64,000 bases of DNA from Callorhinchus milii (taxonomy: Eukaryota). Below are positions 52,131-64,000 of the stretch, one piece after another (within the stretch, counting starts at the first letter, position 1; each line of letters begins with the position of its first letter). Location: positions 126,978,001-127,042,000 of the forward strand of contig NW_024704742.1 of NCBI RefSeq assembly GCF_018977255.1. The letters are read 5' to 3'. Made by a program: the position numbers and the translations under genes. The notes beneath the pieces are model-generated. The model saw only the letters and a program-made list of their open reading frames with translations, did not search any database and was not told where the DNA came from.

Positions 52131-52614
52131 ACAGAGACCATTAGAGAAATGAAGCCTGAAAATAAAATTCATTTTCAGGATTTGCATACAGGAAACGATT
52201 TTCCAAATGTCATAAATGATCCAAAACGGGACAAAGGGGGGAGGGAAGAGAGGCAAGGTTCTGAGAATAAAATCTTTCAATTCAGTAACGAACAGACACT
52301 GATCATTGATAGAGTACATCACTTAAAAGCAGGCAATGTGTACATGGTACATATCTGCAGTCACTTTTTACGCACAAAAGGCAATATTCAAAATACACTG
52401 ATATCCCTAAATATCTCTGCATTAAGGAAGAGCATTATCATGGGGTTTCGCATTACGGATACATTTAAATCATACAAAGTGTGGCTCACTCAGCTGAAAT
52501 CCATCTGGCTGGTTGAATCAATTTAAAGATGAATCAAATTGTTCAAACAGCAGCTAGAGTTTAAGAATCAACCACAGTTTAATTGAAACATTGGCCAGTT
52601 GGAGGTATAGGAGA

Positions 52615-53045
52615 TTTCGCCCTCAAAATATACGTCAATTCACTTTGCAGTATATTCTATGAAGCGCTTTGAAACGCCTCAAAGACATGATAAGGTGCTA
52701 TAATATAATAATAATCCTTGCATTTAATATAGCACTTTTCACATCTTCGTGACGTCCCAAAGCGCTTCACAGAATATACTGTAAAGTGAATTGACTGTAT
52801 ATTTGTGGGCGAACGCGGCAGCCAATTGCGCACAGCAATGTCCCACAAACAGTCATGGATTGAAATGACCAATTTTATTATTGTTTTTTGTTTTTTGGAG
52901 GGATTATTATTAGGCGTGTGGAGTGAGGAAACTTGCCCAAGGTTTCGCCCTCTGCCTGGAATTGAACTCAGGTCTCTTGCTTGCAAAGCGAGTGCTCTAA
53001 CCACTGAGCTACAGGACTCAATATCAATTGCAAAGATTATTATTA
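52615..53045. mobile_element. Full-length SINE (- strand, 52706-53019) inserted in the tail of a + strand SINE fragment
   Basis: Host reads ...ataaggtgctata | insert | atatcaattgcaaagattattatt. Confidence 0.88.
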
Positions 53046-54051
53046 ACTATTATTATATGCAGGAAGAGTTTTGTGTTTCTTTAGAATAAGGGAGATGGAA
53101 TAATTTTTTCAATATAAAGAGTTCCATAATTCCACCTCACCGTAACTGCAAATCTTCACTATAATTATAACATCCACCAGGTCCACTGTACCTCATCAAC
53201 AAATTGAATTTATTTAGCGCAAAAAGCTGGATAAGAGTATCACTAAGGTGGAGGAGTGTGGTCCAGATGTGAGGTAGAAATCAGCCACCCAACTGGCCAC
53301 TCTCTTCACTCAGCAAGTACCACTGCTTCATGTGCGCTGCCTAAATCTACTCTATCATTAGTGGGTGAATCTCGGCTATTCCTACCCCCCCCTCTCTTAT
53401 ACTCAATCCAGAGTTCTTCCACCTCAACCCCTCCCTCAACACCTTTGAAGCTCAACATAAGATGTATCAAATTCTTGAAATTCTATCTTAATTCGGAAGC
53501 TAGTTTTTCACAGTTGATTGATTTTAAAATTAAGACTAAATTTAAGATTTTTCTACAATACTATACTTATGATGTGGTGTGTTGATTCACTGGTATGGAC
53601 TGCTTCATTGATATGATGAATGACTTTAAATAAAAGATACTAATTTCTTCTACCGAGAATTCCCTGAAAAGAAGAAAATCTAACAATTCATTTTGTACAT
53701 TCTGTATAGCGGTCTCCTCCTCCCTCCCCTTGGCTCGACATCAGGCTCTGCCACTGTTAAGCACTCTAAGACTCTACACTGCATGAAGGGTGTTATTGTT
53801 GTTGTGTACTGTGAGATGTGGGCTGGGTGGTGTACTATACAGTTTGTGCTGGAAAAAAAGTTGTTTATGTAACTTGTGATGGAATATGTAAGCAAGAAGC
53901 ACTGTGCATGGCAAACAGTAAATCAGACCTATTTAAAAGCTTTGTAGAGCTACAGTTAACCTTCAGGTTTACCTTCAAGGTTTAAAAGCAATGCATCTCA
54001 AACTATTAGATGGAAATCCTGGAAATCCTTTGAATAGTCACTAGGAAATCG

Positions 54052-54360
54052 TGCTCCATGTGTCCCGTCCAACCCGCCCGACCATCGGTGGCCGGGCTTT
54101 CAGCCTCTCTGCCCCCACATTCTGGAACTCCATCCAACGGTCCCTTCCCCTCGTTTTTTCCCTTGCCTCCTTCAAGGCCAGTCTCAAGACCCTTCTCTTT
54201 GACGTGCCTTTGGTCTCCCTCCCACCTCTCTGCCTTCCCTCACCCCTACACCACCCCTCCCCCATGCTCGGGCCCCGACACCTTACTGTTCAGTGCTTTG
54301 GGACATCCTCCCGACTTGAAAGGCGCTCTATAAATGTAATTTTGTTGTTGTTTTTGTTGT
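54052..54360 (+). mobile_element. L2 3' end
   Basis: PTIGGRAFSLSAPTFWNS...FKASLKTLLFD; tail present. Confidence 0.9.
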
Positions 54361-55197
54361 AGTTGGTCATTTTATTCAACAGAGAGGTAAAGAAGTTCTA
54401 AAAGAAATTCCAATTTTCTCTTTGTGAATATCTTACCTGCGTTTATTCACCTCCTTAAGGCTTAAAATCTGGACAGATTCTACGACAATTCATTTTAAAA
54501 TTTGTTATTAAGCAAATCACTAATTTACAGTGCTCTTTTGTTCCTTCATCTCTAGTGCAAGACTGATTAATGACTGAAACAAACAATAAATTGGACCTAA
54601 CTATTCCCAAAGGCCAACCAGCAACTGTACTTGAAGTTGTCTCCACTTTTCCTCATATACAGATGCCCAGCCCTCAATATTTCCACCGCTGTAGTCAGAA
54701 AACAACACATACACATCTGCTGAAGCTATATTTGAGTTGTTCACAGTGATGCCATTCCAACAGCTTGCACTAATCATAATGTCCTTGTGACAAATTTGAC
54801 AAGTGATCAAGTTACCATGTGAGGAAAGGTGGAATGTTTTGTGCTGCAGAACTTGACCACATTAAAGATTAGATGCGCATTTATTTCATGGATGTGCATT
54901 TAGTAGATCTGTATTTATTTCTTACTGTTGAAAGAAAAATCTGATGAAAATCTGTTTTATTTTCTTGAAAATTTCTTTTGTACATTGAGCATGATTTAAA
55001 GAGTTTTGTGAAAAGGAAGAATAAATCAAATGTAAAAAATGACACTCCACTACATGCTGAAGTGATGTTTTTTTCAGAATGGAGTGAAGTTTCAATGAAT
55101 TAAATTCAATGCATCATAGATTTACATAACAAAAGTGCAGAAGAAATAATTCCCTATTTTAATGTTATGTACATAATAACAATAACAATGCAGATCT

Positions 55198-55650
55198 TCT
55201 TGCCATTGAAAGCACTATCTGGCAAGCTTTCCCCCGTGCTTGTCCAGCTGGGGCCATCCAAGCCACCCTAGAACTTTGGCTTCCAGGCTTAACGGGAGCT
55301 GAGTGGGAAGAAACCCTGCCCACAGTGACTGGTCTGTCTTTCCAAGTACTGACGATGAGGCAGGCTGGGTGTGCGGTTATCAGCAGTGCTCTGGAGTACT
55401 ACAAACCTGCCTGGCTCAGGAACTGGACCACCTAGATCTCAATTCTGACATTCCATTGCAAACATGTCACCTTGGAGCCAGTTGAGCTAAGGAGACCCTG
55501 TTTACCTCTCTCCCCAAGGAGACTAGCCACTAGTTGGTCATTTGACATCCAACAAGCATGGTTTTGAGCCATCACTAGTTGGATGCAGCAATCACTCCCT
55601 GCGATATTCCTGGTGGGCCACGTAGCTCAGCATGAACTGTACGAGATATG
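55198..55650. repeat. Unclassified ancient repeat, longest copy (copy 5)
   Basis: Shares colinear blocks with the 5270, 9560, 16650 and 19700 copies. Confidence 0.7.
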
Positions 55651-56019
55651 TCCGTCATGGCACCGAAGAACACATTTGTGGAATACAAGCATAACTTTTT
55701 TTGTTGTCTAATTAAGGCAGTATCCCACTAACTGGATCTCCAGTTTCAACTTCAGGGCCAACCATTGAGATGGATTCGCCCTTAGCTGTTCTTCAAGACT
55801 AACTTGTGAACATCATTTATCATTGCAATAATTAACACATCACACATTGCAATTTTCACCCAGTGGCAGGGCAGTCTGCTCAAATTCACACATTAAAAAG
55901 ATGAGACTGACCCGGGAGTGTTGCTCATCTTGTTCTTATTTCCAATGGTTTTAACAATATTATACAGCTGCTTTAAATGGATCACTAAATAGCTTTCAAA
56001 TGTTCAAACATTAATTTTA

Positions 56020-56392
56020 AGAATATAAGAATTAGGAGCAGGAGTAGGCCATTTGGACCCTTGAGCCTGCCCCGCCATTCGATAAGATCATGGCTGATCT
56101 TCAGACCTAACTCTAATTACCTGCCCTATCCCCATATCCCCTAATCCCTCTATTTTTAAAAAATCTATCAGTCTCAGCCTTGAAGATGTTCAAGGACTGA
56201 GCATCTACAGCCTTCTCTGAGTGAAGAAATGTTTCCTCAACTCTGTTCTAAAAGACTGACCCTTAATTTTAAGACTGTGACCCCTGGTTATAGATTCTCC
56301 TACCAGGGGAAACAGACCCTCAGTGTCTCCTTTATCCAGCCCTTTAAGAATCTTATATGTTTCAATGAGATCTCCCCTAATTCTTCTAAATT
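56020..56392 (-). mobile_element. CR1 3' end
   Basis: aggagcaggagtaggccatttggacccttgagcctgc...gtttcaatgagatctcccctaattcttctaaa. Confidence 0.88.
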
Positions 56393-57536
56393 TTTGGAAA
56401 CCATTTGACTTCTTTTAACATATAGTGCTACAATAAACTGAACTAGCCATCAATTAACACACAGAAATCTGACAACATATTTATGATATATAATGGACGA
56501 GAAAAAGATTTTCCATGAACACAACAACGAAAATGAATGTCTTGAATCGGTGAAATGGAAGGCAGGCTATCAAAGCTTGGGCTGAATGCCGTTGTCAAGA
56601 GTGAAGAATGAAGTTATTCTGAGCCTCAAAGGACAATAAAATTCAAATATTCTTTATTGACAGGTTACTGACATGATAGCTAACTAATGGTATGTTCACT
56701 TCCACAAAGCCATAGTTAATACAGCATGATGGCTATTACAGTGTCATTTACAACAAAGAGTAATCATACAGGTTGGGCTAACGATTCTGCAACTGACATT
56801 CAACCTTTGAACAGTATTTCACATTGCAAAATGAAACTGTTTTCACTTAATTATTGAAAAGTTGTCTTATTCTGATTAATTATATTCTGCACAGAGAACA
56901 TATACACTGATACTGGATACAAAATTATTTTCACAGAGTTGTGTTTGAGTGTGGTCATAAGTGGATAGTTTGTATTTTTGTAACACAATCTACAAAAGGG
57001 TAAAAGCACCATTCTGAAAATATTTTTTAAAAGGTGATTTTATTTTGTTCTCCCTTCATATATGTTTACAGAGGCAAACATCCTGGTTCCAAGCCTCATA
57101 AATGACATTCAGAAGTTTACCCCTGAAGATGTGTCAGAGTCGCCAACATCCTGGCACTATTTTATTTTCTCTCCCTTCATCTCAAAACAGGACAAATGAA
57201 ACTACTTCCTTGAAGGAGAAAGGTTCCATATTCCATTTCACCACCCAGCAGTAACTTGATGGACTCATACTAACCTTCAAATACCAAAGCTTCAAAACTC
57301 AAACATACACCACATACATAAAATTACTCTATAAGCATATTCTATGAGGTTACATTAACAAGTTGAGAAGAGAGGAGGTAAACAAGCGCTCCCTGTTTTA
57401 ACTAGCTTAGAAGAGGTGCATCTACCTCATTATGTAATGTGAAAAACATGCCAAACTTTCAAACACTACTGGCCAGCTGTTCAGTAACAATTTTCATTTC
57501 ATACACCTCATTGTAACATTTAGGTCTGTTCCAAAC

Positions 57537-57720
57537 GAATAATAATCCTTGCATTTGGTGTAGCACCTTTGACGTCAAGCGGATATACCAAAGCGCTTCA
57601 CAGGATTTAACGTGAACTGGAGTGACTGTATTTGTGGGCCAACATGGCAGCTAATTTGCACACAGGAACATCCCACAGCCATGAAGTTAAACTTTATTGG
57701 AGGGATTGTTGGCCAGGACA
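57537..57720 (-). mobile_element. Deu-domain SINE 3' part
   Basis: ggcagctaatttgcacacagg...ttgttggccaggaca. Confidence 0.7.
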
Positions 57721-57734
57721 CCACCAACTGTGAG

Positions 57735-59288
57735 CACCACATCTACTACCGCTCCCTCTCTCAAGCCAAAACTGCCTTCTACTCAGTCAATCTTCAGGCC
57801 AAAAACAACCCCAAAGTTCTTTTCTCCACTACCCACCACCTCTTCCACTTCCCCTCTCAAGCATCCTCAATCCTCACTTCCGTTGCCAAGTGCAAAGAGA
57901 TCCTGGACTTCTTGATCTCCAAGCTTTGGGACGTGTTATGACAAATAAACTTCGCTGACACCTCTCACTCACTCCCTACTCCAATCCCTCCAGTCCAGTT
58001 TTCGCCCTGCCCACAGTACAGAGACAGCTCTCGTCAAAGTAACAAATGACGTCCACTCTCTCTGTGACCAGTGCTCCCTCTGCCTTCTCGTTCTCCTGGA
58101 CCTCTCCACCATATTTGATAAAGTCAATCACACCAACCTCCTCCACCACCTCTCCTCCCTCATCCACCTTAGTGGGACCGTACTCACACGGTTCAAGTCC
58201 TATTAAACAAACTGCCAAACATACATCTCGGCAAATGGGGTTTCCTCCCAACCGCCCAATCACCTGTAGGGTACCCCAAGGCTCCATCCATGGCCCCCTT
58301 CCTTTCCTCATTTACATGCTCCCTCTCGATGATGTGATCCGCAGACATGGGGTCAACTTCCACATGTATGCAGATGACACCCAAATCTACTTCTCCTCCA
58401 GCTGAAACTCCCAACCACTGATGTCCTGTTAGCTTGTTTGGCGGACATCAAGGTCTGAATGAACACAGATTTCCTGCAGCTGAATGTCAGAGAAACAGAA
58501 CCCACACTCTTTGGTTCCCATCAACGTGTTCTCTCCTGCAGGTCTGAACTCCTCAACCTCCCCAGGCTCTCCCTTAGACACACCGAACCTGTGCACAACT
58601 TAGGCATCAGCTTCAATCCCCAGTTTTTCTCTCTACCACACATTCGTTCCCTGACAGGGACAGCTTTTCCCACCTCGTCACATTGCCTGCCTCCATCCGT
58701 ACTTCACAACCAACGCAGCCGAAACCTTCATCCACACCTTAGTCACTTCCCGGTTGGACTATTCCAATGCCATCCCCGCTGGTCTCCCCAGTTCCACTAT
58801 ACACAAACTTCTATTAATCCAAAACTCTGCCTCCCGGATAATCACCGAACAAAACTCTGTACCCCCATGACACCAGTCCTTGCCAGGCTCCACTGGCTCC
58901 CAATAACCGAACAGATCAATTTCAAGATCCTCACTCGTTTTCAAATCCCTCCATGCCCTCACACCTCCCTACCTATCCAATCTGCGTACCCTGTCCACCA
59001 CCCACAACCGCTGCTCGGCTGACTCCAGCCACCTGTTTGTCCCTCGTGCCCTCTGTTCTACCATCGGTGCTTTCAGAAAATCACCGAAAATCTGGAAAGC
59101 TCTCCCTCAACCTCTCCGCCTTGCCCCTCCCTCTCCACTTTCAAATCTCATCTAAAGACCTTCGTTTTTGATCGTGCTTATGGTCACCTCCCACCTCCCT
59201 ATCCCTGTGGCTAGGTGTCAGACTTCGCCAATGTGAAGCATTCCGGGACACTACCCCGGTGAAGGGCGCTATATAAATGTTGTTGTTA
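57735..59288 (+). mobile_element. L2 LINE with RT remnant
   Basis: [17 protein letters not shown]...[11 protein letters not shown] and LHWLPITEQINFKIL; tail present. Confidence 0.93.
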
Positions 59289-59389
59289 TTAAGAAACTCC
59301 ATTCGCTTTTCAAATAGTGCCATGGGACTATCTAACTGGCCTAAAAGTTGATTTCCTATCTGGCTATTACAGGAGCTCCACAACTGCTC

Positions 59390-59895
59390 TGAAATTGGAG
59401 TCTTGTGTACAATTCTGGTTTCCAAACTATAAGAAAGATATAGCAGCAATGGAAAAGGTACAGCGTAGGTTTATGAGGATGATACCAGGACCTGCGGGTT
59501 TCTACTATTAGGATAGAGTAGATAGGTTATACATTTTTTCACTAAAGAGGCATTTAAGGGGGAAACCAAACAGAAGTGTTTACAATTATAAAAAGGTACA
59601 AAAGGTCAATACTGCTGGGGGCGGGGGGAATCTGTAACCAGGGTACACAAATATAACATAACGACTGGGGTACTCAAAAGAGAAGTCAGGAGGAACTACC
59701 TCGTGTGGAGAACAGTGAGAATGTGGAACTCGCTGCCAGAAGTAGTGGAATCATATAGTATATACATTCAAGAGGAAGCTAGACCTTCACATGAAGGAGA
59801 GGGGAATAGAATGTTATGGGAGTAAGGATTGGGTGAAGACTCGTGTGTAGTATAAACATCGGCACAGAACGGTTGGGCCGATTGGCCTGTTTTCT
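59390..59895 (+). mobile_element. CR1 3' fragment
   Basis: LESCVQFWFPNYKKDIAAMEKVQRRF; ends ttgggccgattggcctgtttt. Confidence 0.85.
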
Positions 59896-59896
59896 T

Positions 59897-60266
59897 GCTC
59901 TCCCCTACCTCTCCGACCTCCTAACCCCCTACCATCCTGTTCGCTCCCTCCACTCAGTGGGTTCTGGTCTGCTTCACGTCCCCCGCCTTGGTCACCCCAC
60001 TATCGGCGGGCAGGCCTTCCGCCACTCTGCACCCACCCTCTGGGACTCCATCCCGCAATCCCTCCGTCTCGACCCCTCCCTCCCCACTTTCAAGACCCAT
60101 CTCAAGACTCTCCTCTTTGACTGTGCTTTCGATCTCCCTGCTTCCACTCCTGCCCTCCAACCTCCCCCACCCCGACCCTCAGCTCAGGTCTGAAACTCTG
60201 TCTGTCCAGTGCATTGGGACATCCTCCCGACGTGAAGGGCGCTATATAAATGTAATTTTGTTGTCG
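59897..60266 (+). mobile_element. L2 3' end
   Basis: PYLSDLLTPYHPVRSL...FKTHLKTLLFD; tail present. Confidence 0.9.
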
Positions 60267-60669
60267 TAAGTTGAGCTAAAATTTGGGTAAGCACAAACAC
60301 TTCAACACATTATCACTGAGAAACAGGTTGCGCTTCACACACAAGATTCCCTGCATACCTTTCAAGATTGCATTGTGCCATTTGAGATAGCAGCAAGCAC
60401 CAACCAGGTGTGGTATGACCTCACCTTTTCACCTCATTCAGTATGTGTTTATTGGTAATTTAGTTTTTGAAACATGAAGCAGACTGCACACAATTTCTCA
60501 TGTGCCAAGTTCCTAACCTTGTCTTAGTTGTCAGAATGATTGTCAGACAGAATGCTATTTTTTTCAAAAGACAAAATTAATGTGACTTATTTTCTGTTGC
60601 ACCTCACCAACATTTCAATATTCTTTTTGCAAGAGACACAAAATTATTTCTATGTAGTGTACATTAGTC

Positions 60670-61015
60670 TGGATCAGTTGGTAGCGCTTTTGCCCGAGTC
60701 AGAAGATTGCGAGTTCAAGCTACATGTCGGCATTGTCCAGGCTGACACTCCAGTGCAGTGCTAGGGGAATGGCGCATTGTAAGAAATGCCGCTGTTGATG
60801 AGTTAATAGGTGAGATTTTAAACCGACATGCAGTCCGTCTATTCGGGTGGACGTTAAATATCATCACATGCTACTAATCAAGAAGTGAATGTGGTTTCTC
60901 CTGTTGTCTAAGTCAACAATCTTCATTTTATCTCTCATATAAAACTGGGCATTCAATTTACACTAAATTCTGTGAAATGCTAAAAGACATTTCTCCGACT
61001 TAAGGCACTATATAT
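60670..61015 (+). mobile_element. Old SacSINE1-like SINE
   Basis: cagttggtagcgc...gagtcagaag...caggctgacactccagtgcagtg. Confidence 0.7.
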
Positions 61016-61039
61016 GAAATAATAAATTACATCTTTCGA

Positions 61040-61470
61040 CTTAAGTTAAAACTTTGTCATTTATCATACTGGGAATTTTATATTTCTCTGTGTTAATTGT
61101 ATATGCCACCTTCCTCACAGGTTCTCCAAATCCTTCTAAATTTGTGCCCATTGACTCACATTTATCACGGCTCCTTATTTGGTGTTCTGCAACTTTATAC
61201 ACCTCCAAAGTAATGCAAGTCATCAAATCATTTATAGATTATAAACACCAATGATCCAAGTAAAGATTTAAGTAACATGCCACAGTAACTGCCTCCCAGG
61301 CGAACAGTTCTGCATAAATATACTTTAATACACTGTCAATCTGTCCCATGGGTCCGAACATTAAGCAGCAGTCTATTCGGTGGGAGACTGTCAAATGCCT
61401 TTCTGAAATCCAGGTAATTAACATCAGTTGTCCTCACTCACCTCCCCACCCATCCATGGATCTGTAACTT
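61040..61470 (-). mobile_element. Old CR1 RT fragment
   Basis: Reverse complement encodes DVNYLDFRKAFD near 61390-61425. Confidence 0.7.
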
Positions 61471-61638
61471 AGTCACATACATGAAATTCATTTGTTACAC
61501 ACCTCTCACTGCTAACACCATGTTGGCAACCACTGATTTACAATGCAATACAAATTTACATTTATATAGCACCTTTCAAGTTGGAAGGATGTCACAAGGT
61601 GCTGATTTATCGACACTAACACCCCAGCTGGCCAGACT

Positions 61639-63110
61639 ACAACAACAACAAAATTCCATTTGTATAGTGCCTTTCACGTCGGGAGGATGTCCCAAGGCGC
61701 TGGACAGACAAGAGTTTTGGACCCGAGCTGGGGGTCGGGATCAGGGTGGGTGGAGGGAGGGCGGGGGGAGAAGCAGGGAGATCGAAAGCACGGTCAAAGA
61801 GGAGGGTCTTGAGATAGGTCTTGAAGGAGGCAAGGGAGGGGGTAAGGGGGAGGGACTGTGGAATGGAGTTCCAGAGGGTGGGGGCAGAGTGGCAGAAGGC
61901 CTCCCCGCCAATAGTGGGGCTAACGAGGTGGGGGACATGAAGCAGGCCAGAGCCCGCCAAGCAGAGTGAGCGAACAGGATGGTAGGGGATTAGGAGATTG
62001 CAGAGGTAGGGGGGAGCAAGACCATGGAGGGCTTTGAAGGTGAGGACCAGGATCTTGAATTGTACACTCTGTGTGATGGGAAGCCAGTGGAGTCGGGCGA
62101 GGATGGGAGTGATAACCGAGCCTGGTGCGGGAGAGGACACAGGCTGCAGAGTTCTGGATGATCTGCAGCCTATGGAGGGAGGAGTTGGGAAGGCCGACAA
62201 GCAACGAGTTTGCATATCAAGCCTCAATGTATTGAAAGCATGTATGAGGGTTTTGGCAGCCTACGGAGTGAGACAGTGGCGGAGTCGGGTGATGTTGCGG
62301 AGGTGGGAGAAGGCAGAGCGGTTAATAGCACAGATGTGGAGTAAAAAGGATAGTTGAGGTTCAAACAAGACCCCAAGGTTCCGGACTGGCTTAGTAAGAT
62401 GGAGTATGCAACCATGGATGGTGATTCTGTCAGTGCCTGAAGTGTGGAGGCACTGACAGGAGCCAATCAGGAGAACCTTGGTGTTGTTGACGTTCAACTG
62501 ACGAAAATTAGCTCTCTTCCAGGACTTGATGTCTGACAGACATTCTGTCAGGACAGCAGTGGTCCTGGAAACAAGGGTGGAGGCAGAGAGGTACAGTTGG
62601 GTGTCATTCACATACATATGGAAGATGACTCCATCTCTGAGGATGATGTCACTACGAGGGAGCATATAGATATTGAAGAGGAGGGGATCAAGGACAGAGC
62701 CCTGAAGAACAGCACACAAGATGGTGCGGGGGCTAGATGAGAAACTGTTTATGGAGATGAAGTGGAGGCGGTGTGAGAGGTTAAGGAAGGAAAGGAGGCA
62801 GAGGGAGCCCTGGTCACAGATGGATTGAATGTCATTTGTCACTTTGACCAGGGCTGTTTCTGTGCTGTGGGGGGTTCATGAAGGGAGTGGCGGGAGAGGA
62901 AGGAGCAAAGCTGGCATCAACTTGTTCCAGGACCTTGGAGAAAAAAAAGTAGGTTGGAGATGGGGCAGTAGCTTTGAGAGTAGAGATGGGTTCAGGGAGG
63001 GTTTTTTAAGGATTGAAGTGATGACGGCCGTTTTTAATGGGGTGGAAACAGTACCAGTGGATAGGGAGAGGACTAATGGGGTGGTGTGGGGGGAGAGAGA
63101 TCCGGTCCTG
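61639..63110 (-). mobile_element. L2 LINE with RT remnant
   Basis: LQGSVLDPLLFNIYML...HMYVNDTQLY; ORF 61637..62227; tail present. Confidence 0.95.
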
Positions 63111-63124
63111 TGAGCCCCTTAAAG

Positions 63125-64000
63125 GCAGAAATCATGTCACCTCTCAATCTTCTCTTTTCCAGCATGAACATGACCAATTTACTTAATCGCTCCTCATAGG
63201 CCAGTCCTTCCATTCCCTCAATCATTTTAGTTGCCCTCCTCTGTATTTTCTCAATTTCTCCAATATCCTTTTTTTACTGTGGCGACCAGAACTGTACACA
63301 GTTCTCTGTATGGTCTCACCAATGATTTATACAATGACAGGATTACCCTAGTACTTTGGCTTGCTATGGATCTTTTGATGCATCACAACATCTGCTTTGC
63401 TTTACTCACTGCCACAAGAGCATATTGGGAGAGCTTCAATTTATTGTCAATCAGGACCCCCAGGTCCTTTTCATTTTCCATACATATTATTTTCCTTCCA
63501 TTTAAATAATAGTCCCTTCCAGGACTTTTTGTGAAGTACTTTACATTTCTCCACATTGAATTTCATCTGCCACCGATCTGCCCAATTCCCAAGTATGTTC
63601 AAATCCTCCTGTAACCTACATTGTTCAGCTTCACAATCTTCGCAATCTACCACCTCCATTAGCTTGGTGTCTGCAAACGAATCGGTAAATTTAGCCACTG
63701 TACTTGTGACTCCTAGCTCCAGATTATTTATAAAAATACTTTTTTTAAAAAAGGTCCCAAAAGAGACCCTTCTGAAACTCCACTGGTAACATTTTCCCGG
63801 TCTGATGACATTCCCTGTCCCACCACCCACCCTCTGTGTTCTTCTGGGCAACCAATTGCGTATCCATTGTAATATACCTCCACTGATTCCCGCTTTCTTT
63901 ACTTTTAATACCAGCCTCTCCAGAGGAACTGTTTTCGAAGGCCTTACTGAAATCCAAACATACAACATCCACAGCCTTACCCTTATCAAGCTCCCTTGTC
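63125..64000 (-). mobile_element. CR1 RT fragment running off the window
   Basis: DVVCLDFSKAF, FADTKL and WADRWQMKFNVEKCKVLH. Confidence 0.9.

Noticed and set aside
52005..52526. 173-aa ORF
   Set aside because: Begins in a decayed CR1 3' region and runs into AT-rich sequence; no recognisable motif or splice support
1..64000. CRISPR array or prokaryotic RT/defence system
   Set aside because: Vertebrate retroposon landscape; recurring motifs are dispersed SINE/LINE tails, not regularly spaced repeats

Overview
This is eukaryotic, repeat-rich, largely intronic or intergenic vertebrate DNA. It is most likely from a cartilaginous fish, inferred from SacSINE1/Deu-like SINEs together with abundant L2 and CR1 LINEs. 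A large fraction of the window is 5'-truncated L2 LINEs (at least two or three subfamilies, (TTG)n tails), CR1 LINEs (largest about 2 kb at 12.9-14.9 kb, RT disrupted), a younger tRNA-headed SINE with an (ATT)n tail, and older Deu-domain SINEs. Nearly all long ORFs in the supplied track are LINE ORF2 remnants or their antisense shadows. No intact long CDS, true tRNA/rRNA gene or CRISPR array is present. The non-repeat signal is a set of short minus-strand exon candidates: a strong 30-nt exon (48437-48466), a 61-nt cassette (45100-45160) and two putative polyadenylated last exons (near 50.2 kb and 38.5 kb). All can be entered in phase 1, which suggests an alternative C-terminus module of a host gene I could not identify. 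Also notable are an unclassified ancient repeat with five diverged copies, reciprocal SINE/LINE nesting and several inverted repeats. I see no convincing evidence for a wholly new biological system. Repeat boundaries are approximate (read by eye) and family names rest on recalled consensus motifs, not on a search.
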